Virus record (IMG/VR): IMGVR_UViG_3300021478_000003
Span: 1-62,244 of that record
Direction: 5' to 3' (one strand)
DNA length: 62,244 nt
Origin: a virus
Lineage: Duplodnaviria; Caudoviricetes
A model generated the notes under the pieces. It saw only the letters and a list, made by a program, of their open reading frames with translations. It had not been told where the DNA came from and did not search any database. Of this stretch, positions 20,397-29,999 are shown piece by piece; the first letter of the stretch is position 1, and every line of letters starts with the position of its first letter. Both the position numbers and the translations under genes were made by a program.

Positions 20397-21947
20397 TTAT
20401 AGCGGAGTAATGGGCAATTCTATCTGTTTGCGGTTCATGACAACTTTGCCACTAGTGCCAATGCCTAGCCCCACACCACCTACGGCATCCGGTAGCCCGG
20501 GCGTAGCGGCCTGAAAAGCTGGGAAATATTTGTACAGGGCGTTAAGCCCGTAGCTGAAGGGCACAATCAGCGGTGAACCGTTGGAAATATATAACCCAGA
20601 CGAATCCACCGACTTTACAGGGGTGAACTGAACCCAGGAATTATCGGCGTCGACAATGAAAACCACCGTCTCGTTGTAGTTCGACGGCGCGTCGGCCGAG
20701 GTGAAAAAATGCAGGCGCAGCGTGTAAAAGTATGAGTTTGTCGTGTTGTCGGGGGGTGTGCTGCGCACGTGCTGAGAGGTGTTCGACTCCTGAAAACACA
20801 CACCGCCTGGCGGCATGATCGCACCGATATCATCCATGACCGCGCCGAGGCTCGCATATTTAGTAGCCGGCAGCGACCCATAGTTCTTCGTGGTCCAAGT
20901 CTGGTTGATATTGAAAGCGAAGTAGCCGTCCGGCGTACCGCCGTTGGGGGGCATCGGCTGATTCTGCAAATTCAGTGTGATCGTGTAGGACTGGCTACCG
21001 TGCACCAAGTCTTCCTCGGGAGGGTAGACATTGTGCCCGTCCTGGCCCCAGCTCATAGTGCCATTGAATGGGTACGCGCCATTGGACGGCCCAGCGAGTG
21101 TGAGGCCGTTCGAGATCGACTGGCCATATGCGCCGAAGTCGATGTAGGTGTACTCATAGCTGTGCTTCGGCAGGCCGATTTTTAGTACCGCCGTAACGAC
21201 CTGCGGGACCGGCTCTTTCGTCGTGCCCCTGAATTTGAACTCGGTCATTTTACCGGCCGGCACATTGAAATAAGCAGTAGCAAAATACGGTGGCCCGCTA
21301 TCTGGCAGAGCCGATTGAATCTGGTCAGCGGTGAAGATCAGGATCACAGGTTGATTGGTGCACACCCAATTGGTAGGCTGCTGCTTCTGTGGGAGCTGGC
21401 CGCCGAACTTATTCAACGCGATGAGACCCAACAGCATGATCTGGTCGCTATCGAAACTTGGGTTCTTGAACGTGAAGCTGGAGCCTGACGCAAACTTTAG
21501 ACCGGCTGGGTACGTAGCGTACTGCTTGCCTGCGATTGTCCATGGTAGCGTGCTGGCAAACTGACTTGGGCCGAACGATCCGGGCAGCACATAGAACTCG
21601 GCCGAATTGTTGACGATCTCAGGAATCTCGGGAAGCTCAGGCTCGAACTCAGTAGACTCGTTGATGACATGTGCCTCTTCGCGCACCGCAGGACGCGGGG
21701 TGCTGGCTGCGTTGATGCGTATTGTGTCCTGGCCGTTGGAGGAAGTAACCTGAATAGTCGTGCCATCAGGAAGGTTCACAGTGCGGCTCAGGTGTGTCAC
21801 ACCTCCAAGCTGCATGCGGTTCTTCATTTGGCCAAGAAGAGTGCGTGCAGTGCCGATATAAGGCGACGCGGCCTCGGTAGCGGCGGGGTCGGCACCGTCG
21901 CCTGTTAGCCCCTTGCGGACGACGCCATACTCACGCATCGCCCCCAC
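20397..21947 (-). CDS. Putative tail/receptor-binding protein
   Basis: Short N-terminal module, acidic/Pro linker, then an aromatic-rich beta domain on visibly more AT-rich DNA. Confidence 0.55.
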   Translation of the reverse strand: MGAMREYGVVRKGLTGDGADPAATEAASPYIGTARTLLGQMKNRMQLGGVTHLSRTVNLPDGTTIQVTSSNGQDTIRINAASTPRPAVREEAHVINESTEFEPELPEIPEIVNNSAEFYVLPGSFGPSQFASTLPWTIAGKQYATYPAGLKFASGSSFTFKNPSFDSDQIMLLGLIALNKFGGQLPQKQQPTNWVCTNQPVILIFTADQIQSALPDSGPPYFATAYFNVPAGKMTEFKFRGTTKEPVPQVVTAVLKIGLPKHSYEYTYIDFGAYGQSISNGLTLAGPSNGAYPFNGTMSWGQDGHNVYPPEEDLVHGSQSYTITLNLQNQPMPPNGGTPDGYFAFNINQTWTTKNYGSLPATKYASLGAVMDDIGAIMPPGGVCFQESNTSQHVRSTPPDNTTNSYFYTLRLHFFTSADAPSNYNETVVFIVDADNSWVQFTPVKSVDSSGLYISNGSPLIVPFSYGLNALYKYFPAFQAATPGLPDAVGGVGLGIGTSGKVVMNRKQIELPITPL

Positions 21948-23136
21948 CTATACGGCGGCGCAGAACTGTTGGCTTGACCTCAAGCGCGTTGAGTTCAAAG
22001 TAGGAGCCGTTCTGGTTGCGGACCTCGAATTGCCAGTAGCGTGCAGCCAGACCTTTACCGATCCGCGTGTGGTTGCCATGCAGACCAGCGGCCCCGCTCG
22101 CGGCCAGCATGTAGTCGCGCTGATTGATCTCATCGGTGTACACCCGCAGGACAAGATTGCCATCAGCACGGTATCCCACATAGCAGCGGTCGATACGCTT
22201 GAGATGCGAAGTACTAAGGTCGGACATGCCCATGCGCGCTACCGCGTCGATGTTCACACCGTTATCGGTGCTGCCGGCCAGCGCGAAGATGCCGCTGGAA
22301 CTGGCACCCAGGTATAGGTTATTGAACTTGGCGAAGCTGTTGAAGTTGTAACCTTCGTACTGTGTCAGCGCGAAGTTCTCGGTGTGCATGACGATGGTGT
22401 TGGCGACGGTGTTCTCAGGCGTATGACCAGTCGCTTGCAACAGCATGATCGGCAGCGTGATCTGCGCATACCCGACAGTATTTTGGTAGCCCTGGGCGTT
22501 CACCTGCATGACCGGCAGTATCATCTGCGCGGTGCCGAGGCTACCTGTCGCGCCGGACGCAGCAAGAGCGATCTGACGCAGCGCGATGTTCATCTGGCCG
22601 ACATTACCCACGGTGCCAGAAGCAATCAAGGTCGGTTTAGGCATCACGAAGGCTGCACTACCTTGATAGGCAGTCAGGCCTGACGACACTAGCACGGGTG
22701 CAGGCAGCAGCAGATTTGACGCACCCACGGCACCAGTTATACCCTCGGCGCTCAGCACCATCGCTGGCAGTGTGAACATCGCGGCGCTCTGCCCGTATGC
22801 AGCCATGACAGGCAGTGGCATCACAAACACGCCCACCCCAGCGATGCCGGCCAGGCCTTGTGCAGCTAGAACGGGGGCCGGTAACGTGAAAATGCCTGTC
22901 GAATCGCCGGAGGATATCTGCGGCGACGGCAGGGTAAAAGCTGCCGTACCGGCAAGACCGATACTGCCCTGGGCCGAGAAGGTCGGCACCGGCAGACTGA
23001 ACGCGGCACTGTTGGGGACGCTACCTGCGGAATAGACAAAGCGGGGTAAAACTACCGCAGCACTACCCACACTCGCGGTGTAGCCGGAGGCGGCTAGAAC
23101 CGGAGCTGGGAGTGTGAATGCTGCGGCATTGGTCAT
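21931..23136 (-). CDS. Virion protein with tandem ~21-aa repeats
   Basis: Roughly 12 copies of G.AAFTLPAP.L.A.G, then a globular C-terminus (GKG..ARYWQFEV.N). Confidence 0.65.
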   Translation of the reverse strand: MTNAAAFTLPAPVLAASGYTASVGSAAVVLPRFVYSAGSVPNSAAFSLPVPTFSAQGSIGLAGTAAFTLPSPQISSGDSTGIFTLPAPVLAAQGLAGIAGVGVFVMPLPVMAAYGQSAAMFTLPAMVLSAEGITGAVGASNLLLPAPVLVSSGLTAYQGSAAFVMPKPTLIASGTVGNVGQMNIALRQIALAASGATGSLGTAQMILPVMQVNAQGYQNTVGYAQITLPIMLLQATGHTPENTVANTIVMHTENFALTQYEGYNFNSFAKFNNLYLGASSSGIFALAGSTDNGVNIDAVARMGMSDLSTSHLKRIDRCYVGYRADGNLVLRVYTDEINQRDYMLAASGAAGLHGNHTRIGKGLAARYWQFEVRNQNGSYFELNALEVKPTVLRRRIGGGDA

Positions 23137-23142
23137 CGCGGA

Positions 23143-23916
23143 TTACTGCGGTGGAATGGTCATCGACCAGTTGGACAGCGTAGTGGTCGCGCCGGCTACA
23201 AATGCCACGGAGTTGAAGTTCATCTCCGCACCTGAAGTGGCCACAGCGCCATCGATACGAATGTACTGGCCTGTCGAGTCCAGTGTATCCGGGTCAGTGA
23301 CAGAACCATGGAACCGGCACCAGCCGGCGCTGCCTGTCGCACCGTTCGCGCCGCTCCACACCTGTGTGGCCAGCTTGGACAAGACGCCGGCAATCGACTG
23401 GTCGAACAGCAAGCCGTTGACCGGAGCGACGCCGCCTGCCATGTTGCCAGTGGTTGCAGTCAGAGTGGTTGTGGTAGCAGCTACCGTGAAACCGTTTGGC
23501 AAGGTGCCTTTTCCTGGGAGCGCCAGGATCGTGACCACGGCACCGGAAGCGGTAGCGATATAGTCAGGTTCGGATTTGTAACGGTTGATCTGCGATGCAA
23601 CGTCCAGGGCGGTTTGGTTCAGGGTGCTGTTAAACGGCACAGCGGCACCGAGGATATCGACGCCGTTGACGGTCAAGGTGTTGACCGCGCCGCCTGCGCC
23701 ACCTGTCAGGGTGATATTGCCAGAAGACTGCACCTCGTAGGTCAGCGCTCCGCTGTTATTGGTCAGAATGCAGAGCGGGCTGCCTGTTGCGGCCGCATCA
23801 GCCGTGGCCGGCTGGGTGCCGGAATAGATGGTGATCGAGCCGTTACGCAGGGAGCTATCGATACCGCCCTCTTTGTTGATCGCGTTACGGAAACCCGTTG
23901 AGAAGCGTGCTGTCAT
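23143..23916 (-). CDS. Putative virion structural protein
   Basis: I.IYSGTQPATADAA..G and GSAGW.RF motifs common in phage virion proteins. Confidence 0.65.
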   Translation of the reverse strand: MTARFSTGFRNAINKEGGIDSSLRNGSITIYSGTQPATADAAATGSPLCILTNNSGALTYEVQSSGNITLTGGAGGAVNTLTVNGVDILGAAVPFNSTLNQTALDVASQINRYKSEPDYIATASGAVVTILALPGKGTLPNGFTVAATTTTLTATTGNMAGGVAPVNGLLFDQSIAGVLSKLATQVWSGANGATGSAGWCRFHGSVTDPDTLDSTGQYIRIDGAVATSGAEMNFNSVAFVAGATTTLSNWSMTIPPQ

Positions 23917-23925
23917 GATATTCCC

Positions 23926-25170
23926 CTAGAGGTTTGAATTAGCAATAAAGCGGTTTGGCCCCGGCATAAAGATCGCTGCACCTTGACCGGATGCTGGGAA
24001 CTGAAACTTCGTCCGGGTCAAATTCCTGATTTCCATGTCCGGCATGCCGACGCAAATACCCTGCGTTGTCAGCCACATCGGAAGGGGCCGTGCGCCGGTA
24101 GAGTTGTCCCCGAACAAAGCGCCATCCACGTAGTCTGTTGCCCCAGGGATCGCACCGTATGCCAACTTGTGCACGTACTGAAAATCCTTGGGGTCTGATC
24201 CGACGATAGTACCGCAACTTTCATCGGTGCCGGCGAAGAAACCGCTGTGCTGGCCTTCACCGCCGCGTTCCTTGTCCTCCATCGGGGCCAGCAAGGTGAT
24301 CTGACCTTGCATCGGGATGTTCTCGCGCAAGTCAAACAGCTCGTAGCCGTATTCGATAGAAGGGTAGAGCACGTCGCCCGCGCCGACATACATCCGGCCA
24401 CGATAATACGCCAGAATCTGGCCTGGCGGCGGGGCGCTGAAAAACTGGGTGTTGAGCGGCAGCTCCAGCTCAGTGGTGTCATTGGTGTAGGTGGCTTTCA
24501 CCTGGCTGTTTGGCATGGTCATGGCCAAGAACAAATCACCACCGTTCGGGGTGGTCAGGTATAGCCCCTTGCTGACAACGCCAGGATCAGTAGACATGGG
24601 CATCGTGAAGACCAGGCCGCCCCCGGCAGCCACGCTGATAGCGCCGGCCAGCCCCGCACCGGACTCTTGCCCGTCATCCCGAAAGTATGTGACAACGAAT
24701 TGGTAGATACCGGCCGGAAGGTAGCCCACAGTCGTCGCTACCCCAGGTAGTGGTGGTACTGGCAGCCCCCAGCTCCGCGCCGCGCCGAACTCGAATACGC
24801 CCGACTCCGTGCCATTACTAAAGTAGACCGAGCTATTGACTTCCCAATAGGACATCCGGGCGCTGGGGTTCTGGAGATTGGCCACAGCTACACTGGTCAT
24901 GTCCAGTTTGAGCCACATGAGCTGCGAACCGGTGACGTACAGGCACAGCTTTTCGGTGTCGTCAGCCCAAATGGAGTGCGCGTTGGACGGGATCGCCATG
25001 GTGAACCCTTGGCGGCGCGAGAGGCGGCCAGACTTGTCGATGTCGACATTGACGGCCACGGCCAAGTCGCCCTGCTCGAACCGCTCAGGCGAGACATCGT
25101 TGCGTAGGCCCGTGAACTTCTCGAACGTTACGACATCCTGATCGCGTTGGGTGGCTAGGTTCCCTGGCAT
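23926..25170 (-). CDS. Putative tail nozzle/stabilisation protein
   Basis: F.GL.N..SP....G.L..AVNVDI...G.L.RR.G N-terminus; follows the adaptor gene. Confidence 0.6.
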   Translation of the reverse strand: MPGNLATQRDQDVVTFEKFTGLRNDVSPERFEQGDLAVAVNVDIDKSGRLSRRQGFTMAIPSNAHSIWADDTEKLCLYVTGSQLMWLKLDMTSVAVANLQNPSARMSYWEVNSSVYFSNGTESGVFEFGAARSWGLPVPPLPGVATTVGYLPAGIYQFVVTYFRDDGQESGAGLAGAISVAAGGGLVFTMPMSTDPGVVSKGLYLTTPNGGDLFLAMTMPNSQVKATYTNDTTELELPLNTQFFSAPPPGQILAYYRGRMYVGAGDVLYPSIEYGYELFDLRENIPMQGQITLLAPMEDKERGGEGQHSGFFAGTDESCGTIVGSDPKDFQYVHKLAYGAIPGATDYVDGALFGDNSTGARPLPMWLTTQGICVGMPDMEIRNLTRTKFQFPASGQGAAIFMPGPNRFIANSNL

Positions 25171-25173
25171 GAT

Positions 25174-25932
25174 TTACCTCGTCCAGCGGAAGCCATTCAT
25201 ACCGTATTTGATTTGCTCGCTTGCGAACATCATGCGCTTGCGCTCTTTGACAGCATCCTTGACGGCTTCGTCAAATGCTTTCTTGTGGTCCGCAGCCGAG
25301 GTAGGCGCACCGGCATCGGCGTCAAATGTTGACTGTGCCAGATAGGCGGCCCAGCGCAGTGCGGAGAGCTGGTAGTCCTCGGGGAGCTGCGACTCGACAT
25401 CCAGATGGTCGCGGTCGTAGCAAGTGGTCGGCACTCGGATGACGCGCATCTTGACCGTATTGCCGTTTTCAGTAGCGCTAGGGACTGGGAAGATCGAAAG
25501 CGTCACACGGTTCGAGCCGGCATATACCAGCGTCTCATCGGTGTAGTACGCGATAGGCTTGCCAGGCGGGTACTGGGCCTGTAGCGCGTCGTTCCAATTC
25601 AGGAACTCAGGTGCATTCAATTGATACAGAAGCGAGTGGCCGGCGCGGGGCAAGTCGTAGCTGTCGAGCTGGTAGCGGCTGGAGATCACCGCGATGATCG
25701 ACTTGTCCAGTGGGTAGTTGCTGACGTTGGCTTCAAGCTTAACCAGGGTGATCGCGGAGGTGTCGCCGTCACGCAGAATCATCGACTGGCGGGCAAAGCG
25801 CCGCTCGGCGTCTTTGATGTACATCAGGAGCGTTTCGTCAGTCCACAGAGAGTCGCTATCCCCCGCGATGATGTCAGACCTGTCGCGGAGGATATTGAAG
25901 CGAAGCTCGGTGAGCTGCTGCCCCAGGTTCAT
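25174..25932 (-). CDS. Head-tail adaptor
   Basis: Helical N-terminus (LWTDETLLMYIKDAERRF) and LPEDYQ.....WAAY.A; position after the capsid genes. Confidence 0.65.
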   Translation of the reverse strand: MNLGQQLTELRFNILRDRSDIIAGDSDSLWTDETLLMYIKDAERRFARQSMILRDGDTSAITLVKLEANVSNYPLDKSIIAVISSRYQLDSYDLPRAGHSLLYQLNAPEFLNWNDALQAQYPPGKPIAYYTDETLVYAGSNRVTLSIFPVPSATENGNTVKMRVIRVPTTCYDRDHLDVESQLPEDYQLSALRWAAYLAQSTFDADAGAPTSAADHKKAFDEAVKDAVKERKRMMFASEQIKYGMNGFRWTR

Positions 25933-25935
25933 GGA

Positions 25936-26364
25936 TTACTCCCGAGCGCTGCGGCCGGTACGTTCCTGAACTAGGCGGTAAGGGAAGCGCAGGCGGTCCT
26001 TGTAGCCCACCACGCGGCGGCCCAAGTCCACCATGGGCACCGACATGATCGCGTCATCCAACACGTTCAAGACCGATTCTGGCACTTCCACTTCCATGCC
26101 TGGCTGGATCAGGTAGCCCACGCCGTCGCAGCCCACGAAGACGCCGCCTGGTGGCGCATTCTCGTTGTCTTCCAGCACGATCTTAAAGCGCTTGATCTGG
26201 CTGGCTGTTTTCGCAGCGGCGATGACCGCTTTGGATTCGCCGGGGGTATCGATCACGCCCGACAGTTCGAGGTTGCCCTCGCCTGGCCAGTCTACCGGCA
26301 TCTTGCTGATCGCTTCCTTCGCTGCCGCGATCTTGCTTGTCCGTGGTTTTGCTTTGGTAGCCAT
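25936..26364 (-). CDS. Hypothetical virion-associated protein
   Basis: VFVGCDG..YLI.PG.EVEVP..V..VL pattern often found downstream of N4-gp56-type capsid genes. Confidence 0.6.
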   Translation of the reverse strand: MATKAKPRTSKIAAAKEAISKMPVDWPGEGNLELSGVIDTPGESKAVIAAAKTASQIKRFKIVLEDNENAPPGGVFVGCDGVGYLIQPGMEVEVPESVLNVLDDAIMSVPMVDLGRRVVGYKDRLRFPYRLVQERTGRSARE

Positions 26365-26366
26365 GA

Positions 26367-26648
26367 TTAATCGTCCTCGCTTTTGGCCGCTTGGTTGAAC
26401 GCCGAGGCATACTCATCGTCATCCGAGGGCTTAGGTTTGAGTTTGTCGAGGTGTTCAGTGACGAACGCTACGACTTCCTCTTTGGTTGAAAAGGCATAGC
26501 CCTTCCAAGGGTCTTGCCAAGACGACTTCGGCTTGGCGTTTTCTTCTTGGATTTTTGGGTCCACGATTTCGACTTCGTAGCCGTTCTCCAGTTTCTCGAT
26601 CCGCAGCACGCAGTCATCGCTCATGGCTATTGCTCCTAGTTGGCCCAT
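26367..26648 (-). CDS. Hypothetical protein
   Basis: Acidic small protein; probably starts at MSDD (GGAG upstream). Confidence 0.55.
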   Translation of the reverse strand: MGQLGAIAMSDDCVLRIEKLENGYEVEIVDPKIQEENAKPKSSWQDPWKGYAFSTKEEVVAFVTEHLDKLKPKPSDDDEYASAFNQAAKSEDD

Positions 26649-26658
26649 GGAAGTAACA

Positions 26659-26677
26659 CTGGGGGTCTCCCCCCCAG
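26659..26677 (-). terminator. GC-rich hairpin after the capsid-associated gene
   Basis: CTGGGGG/CCCCCAG stem; weak U-tract, so possibly only an mRNA stabiliser. Confidence 0.4.
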
Positions 26678-26682
26678 CGCTC

Positions 26683-27012
26683 TTAGCCTTCAGCCCGATA
26701 CAGCAGGGTCGAAGACGCAGCCATCATCACCGCCGAAACAGTGAAGCCGCCTGGCACAATAGTGATGCCGTTACCGCCCGTCACCAGGGTACGGGTGCCT
26801 GCCGCCACGGTGTGAACCGAGCTGCCGGCCGCCATGCCTTCGTAGAACTCATCCTTGACCTGAGTGGTCATGTTCTCGAACGCGACGTAACGCGGGGTAA
26901 AACCTGTGTTGAAGGTGAACGCTGCGGCTGCGGTGCCGTCAGTGGTCATGTAGCTCGATTGCGTGTTGACTACGCCATCCGCATTCGAGGTCTTTTGTGT
27001 GAGGATTGTCAT
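26683..27012 (-). CDS. Putative capsid decoration/accessory protein
   Basis: Directly after the MCP; strong RBS; GFTPRYV motif. Confidence 0.55.
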   Translation of the reverse strand: MTILTQKTSNADGVVNTQSSYMTTDGTAAAAFTFNTGFTPRYVAFENMTTQVKDEFYEGMAAGSSVHTVAAGTRTLVTGGNGITIVPGGFTVSAVMMAASSTLLYRAEG

Positions 27013-27072
27013 GATGCGCTCCTGAAATTGATGTCGGTCAGAACTACCCCGGCTAGGCCGGGGGTCAGTTCA

Positions 27073-28110
27073 TTACGCGGTTGCAGCGACTTCCAAACGG
27101 GCCATCCAGGCGTCGTTTAGGATCACGCATGCGGTCATGGCTTTCCAGCCAACAGTGCCACGTTGAGCCAGTGGATCGCCTGGCGCTGGCTTCGGATTGA
27201 CCACCATCGGTACCAGGGAGTCTTTGCCCTTCAGCGGCACAATACCGTAGGAATCGCGGCCGATGTACAGCACTGGGTACACGTCAGCGCTGGTGCCCGA
27301 GGTCGAGCGCATGAGGCCGGCTGCACCACCTGCGTCAGGGAACGGCGCGAAAATGGTCGATTGCAGGTAGCGCACGGTTTCGACCGAACCGATTTCGTTT
27401 TCCCAAGGAGTCACAGTACCGTACTGCTTGGTAGGAACGAAGCCGGTCATGTTGCGGATATCGGTTTCGAGGTCAGGGTGGACCAGGCCGATAAACGCAG
27501 CTTCGATAGGCTCTGTGCGGAAGTCAGGCGTCGACTTGACGATCTGAGTGATCCGCTTGGCGTTCTGGCGGGTAAGGCCGGTAGTGACCTTACGTTGCAG
27601 GGCCTGGGTGATCGGGGTGTTGACGCTGGTGCGAGCACCACCGTTTGCCCAGAACACGTTGAGGCCTGCTTTCAGCACGTTGTACCGGATGGTTTCGATA
27701 GTCTGTGCAGCCGATTCGCCGAGCGATTCAGTCATTTGGTTCAGAACTTGATCTTCGGCAGTATCCAGCACCACATCAGTGATGGTTGCGAAGTCACCGT
27801 ACTGCACAAGCGTTACTGTGTAGTCGGTATTGGTCAAGCTCTTGCCAGTTGGCGTCACGCCTTCAACCAGCGGAGTGATTGCCAGTGGCACACCGAAAGC
27901 ATTTGCTGGATTACCGTCACCAGCCGAGCCAGTGGAACCGACCAAATAGTAGCGTCGGAACTTGGCAACCTTGGTTGCATTGGTAGGGATAGGGTAGGTC
28001 TGGCCGAATTTTTCGAGGACCAGATACGGCATACCCCGTTTCAAGAGCTGCGAGACCGCATAAGCGGCTACGCGAGGCGAGATGTCGCCATATTGGGTAA
28101 CAGCAGTCAT
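27073..28110 (-). CDS. Major capsid protein, N4-gp56 family
   Basis: YGDISPR, EKFGQ..P.P......KFRRY, EGVTP, QYG, E.G.V..VR, DPL.QRG..GWK. Confidence 0.9.
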   Translation of the reverse strand: MTAVTQYGDISPRVAAYAVSQLLKRGMPYLVLEKFGQTYPIPTNATKVAKFRRYYLVGSTGSAGDGNPANAFGVPLAITPLVEGVTPTGKSLTNTDYTVTLVQYGDFATITDVVLDTAEDQVLNQMTESLGESAAQTIETIRYNVLKAGLNVFWANGGARTSVNTPITQALQRKVTTGLTRQNAKRITQIVKSTPDFRTEPIEAAFIGLVHPDLETDIRNMTGFVPTKQYGTVTPWENEIGSVETVRYLQSTIFAPFPDAGGAAGLMRSTSGTSADVYPVLYIGRDSYGIVPLKGKDSLVPMVVNPKPAPGDPLAQRGTVGWKAMTACVILNDAWMARLEVAATA

Positions 28111-28234
28111 GATAAACGCTCCTATTCAGGTGGGACTACACTTGATTTTCACATCAAATTTTGCGGTTTCGCAGTGTAGTCCGTCACCCGCTTGTATAGG
28201 AACGGAACAGTGCTTTTTGGTAAAACGGCGCTTC

Positions 28235-28717
28235 TTAGTTGCACACTATAGCAGAACTTGTGATGATTTTCCCACTAGGTAATTCAAAAGAGATGTAATA
28301 CGTGCCGGCAGCGGCTGTTACGGTGACGCCAAGCAGCCCTGCAGCGCTTGTGATGTACTGGGCCAAATTGCCTGCCTTGGCTTCGTTCCACGCACCGTTT
28401 GTCAGAGTAGCGCCACTGGTAGCGGGGGCGAACGCGGTGCCGGCTGCATTCGAGAAGTATGCGCCGCCAGCCACGGCATGGCCCAAAGAGGCACCCTGGG
28501 CGTCCTTGAACGCGAACTGCACCGCGCAGGTGCCGGTGCCGGGAGTAGTTGCAGTTGTAACTGAGGCTGGCTGGTCGGCCAGTGAACTCAGTTCGGCTGT
28601 CGAAGCGGTGGTGGCGTTAGCCGGGAGGGCATCCACAGCGTCGCAGAGGGCGATAAGACCCAGTTTCTCTTGGATCGTCAGCAAAATGCCCTGCAAAAAG
28701 GTGCGATTGATGGTCAT
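28235..28717 (-). CDS. Putative head-associated protein
   Basis: Between scaffold and MCP; RBS AGGAG. Confidence 0.55.
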   Translation of the reverse strand: MTINRTFLQGILLTIQEKLGLIALCDAVDALPANATTASTAELSSLADQPASVTTATTPGTGTCAVQFAFKDAQGASLGHAVAGGAYFSNAAGTAFAPATSGATLTNGAWNEAKAGNLAQYITSAAGLLGVTVTAAAGTYYISFELPSGKIITSSAIVCN

Positions 28718-28758
28718 GATATTGCTCCTGAAGTTGAGGTGGGTTTAATCCTTAAGCC

Positions 28759-29745
28759 TTAAGCGACCTTGGAATAATCGGCCCAGCCAGCATCAAAATC
28801 ATTGGGGTCAGCCGCAGTCGTCGGTTCGCTACGACCAGATACTACAGGTTTTAGCGCTTTTGCGGCAGCCGCAGCGGCGGCCGACACGGTAGGAGTTGCA
28901 GGCGCGGCAGGAGCTGCGGCAGCTGCGGGAGCTACAGCGCGAGCCGGAGCTGGAGCCGAGGCCGCTGGAGCCACGTAACCTGTCTCTTTTTTGAAGATGC
29001 CGATCATCTCGGCGACTTCCTCGGCGGTGCCGGTATTGGCCACGTCGTGATAGGCTTTCTTCAGGAAGGCAGGCTGTGTTTCCACCCACTCCAGCGTTAA
29101 GTCGCGCACCGTCTCATAGTCCGGCACTAGGCGCACGATGTCATTGTACTGGACCGAATTGTGCGTCACGGCCACGTTGCTTTCGAGCGGCTGCAAGCGG
29201 GCATCGATCTGAGCGAAGATATAGCCCGCCAGATTGACGTACTCCTGCCGGCGCACCAGCGCTTCGCCGCGTGCCATGTCTGGCCATTCCTTGTTGTACG
29301 CATCCAGAATGGCCTTCTCTTCCGCAGTATAGAGCGGAGGCGGCGGTGTCGTGATTTCAGGTGCGGCAGCCGGGGCCGGCACGTTCTTCAGCGCGGCAAC
29401 TTCAGCCTGCAGCGCTTCGATAAGGGCGAATGGATCAGGAGCCGCTGCTGGAGTAGTAACCGGCGCTGTCGTAGATGCCGCAGCAGGATCAGGAGTTGCT
29501 GGTGCTGGGGTAGCATTGGGATCATCCTCGGCCCCGGCTGCTGCAGCAGGAGCAGGTTTAGTCGGATCAGCCTCGACAATCTCACTGGCGGCGTCGGCGG
29601 CAGCAGGCGCGGCAGCGGCAACAGCAGGCTTCGCGTCAGGCGCATGCTCCGGTGGGTTGATCTCACCGAAGGCAGCCGCGAAGTCTTCGTCAGGTGTCAG
29701 CGTTGGGGCAGCAGCCGCTGGAGCTGGTGTGTTTGGCGTAGTCAT
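28759..29745 (-). CDS. Capsid scaffolding protein
   Basis: Ala/Pro/acidic-rich with a helical core and DFDAGW tail; between portal and MCP. Confidence 0.7.
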   Translation of the reverse strand: MTTPNTPAPAAAAPTLTPDEDFAAAFGEINPPEHAPDAKPAVAAAAPAAADAASEIVEADPTKPAPAAAAGAEDDPNATPAPATPDPAAASTTAPVTTPAAAPDPFALIEALQAEVAALKNVPAPAAAPEITTPPPPLYTAEEKAILDAYNKEWPDMARGEALVRRQEYVNLAGYIFAQIDARLQPLESNVAVTHNSVQYNDIVRLVPDYETVRDLTLEWVETQPAFLKKAYHDVANTGTAEEVAEMIGIFKKETGYVAPAASAPAPARAVAPAAAAAPAAPATPTVSAAAAAAAKALKPVVSGRSEPTTAADPNDFDAGWADYSKVA

Positions 29746-29753
29746 GATCGGTT

Positions 29754-29999
29754 TTATACTCCTTGCAATTTAACTGTGTCAAGTACGGTGCCCAAAATGT
29801 CGGCTATGACTTTCGCCTTGGCCTGGGCTGTTGGGAACTCATCCGGTAGGCATTGCCGCAGCACTTGGTCCTGGCGCTGCTGCCACAGGACTAGGAGTTT
29901 GGTTAGGGCCTGCAGCCCCGGTTCCTCCTTGCATGCCTGTATCGTCTGCTGGAGCTGGGCCTCCAGTTCCCGGTTGCGGTTGGTTTTGTGCATTGGCAT
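29754..29999 (-). CDS. Small conserved-type protein downstream of the portal
   Basis: GGAG upstream; helical; overlaps the portal 3' end by 161 nt. Confidence 0.6.
   Translation of the reverse strand: MPMHKTNRNRELEAQLQQTIQACKEEPGLQALTKLLVLWQQRQDQVLRQCLPDEFPTAQAKAKVIADILGTVLDTVKLQGV

Noticed and set aside
7066-23136. Diversity-generating retroelement or invertible tail cassette
   Set aside because: No reverse transcriptase, invertase or template/variable repeat pair was seen.
27047-27063. Hairpin after the MCP as an intrinsic terminator
   Set aside because: Strong stem but no U-tract on the coding strand; more likely an mRNA stabiliser.
27073-28110. Classification as an N4-like phage (Schitoviridae)
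   Set aside because: No virion RNA polymerase or RNAP subunits are recognisable; only the capsid family is shared.
28236-28243. TAGTTGCA box upstream of the capsid gene as a promoter site
   Set aside because: It coincides with the Cys-Asn-stop codons of the upstream gene and has no properly spaced -10. It may be chance.
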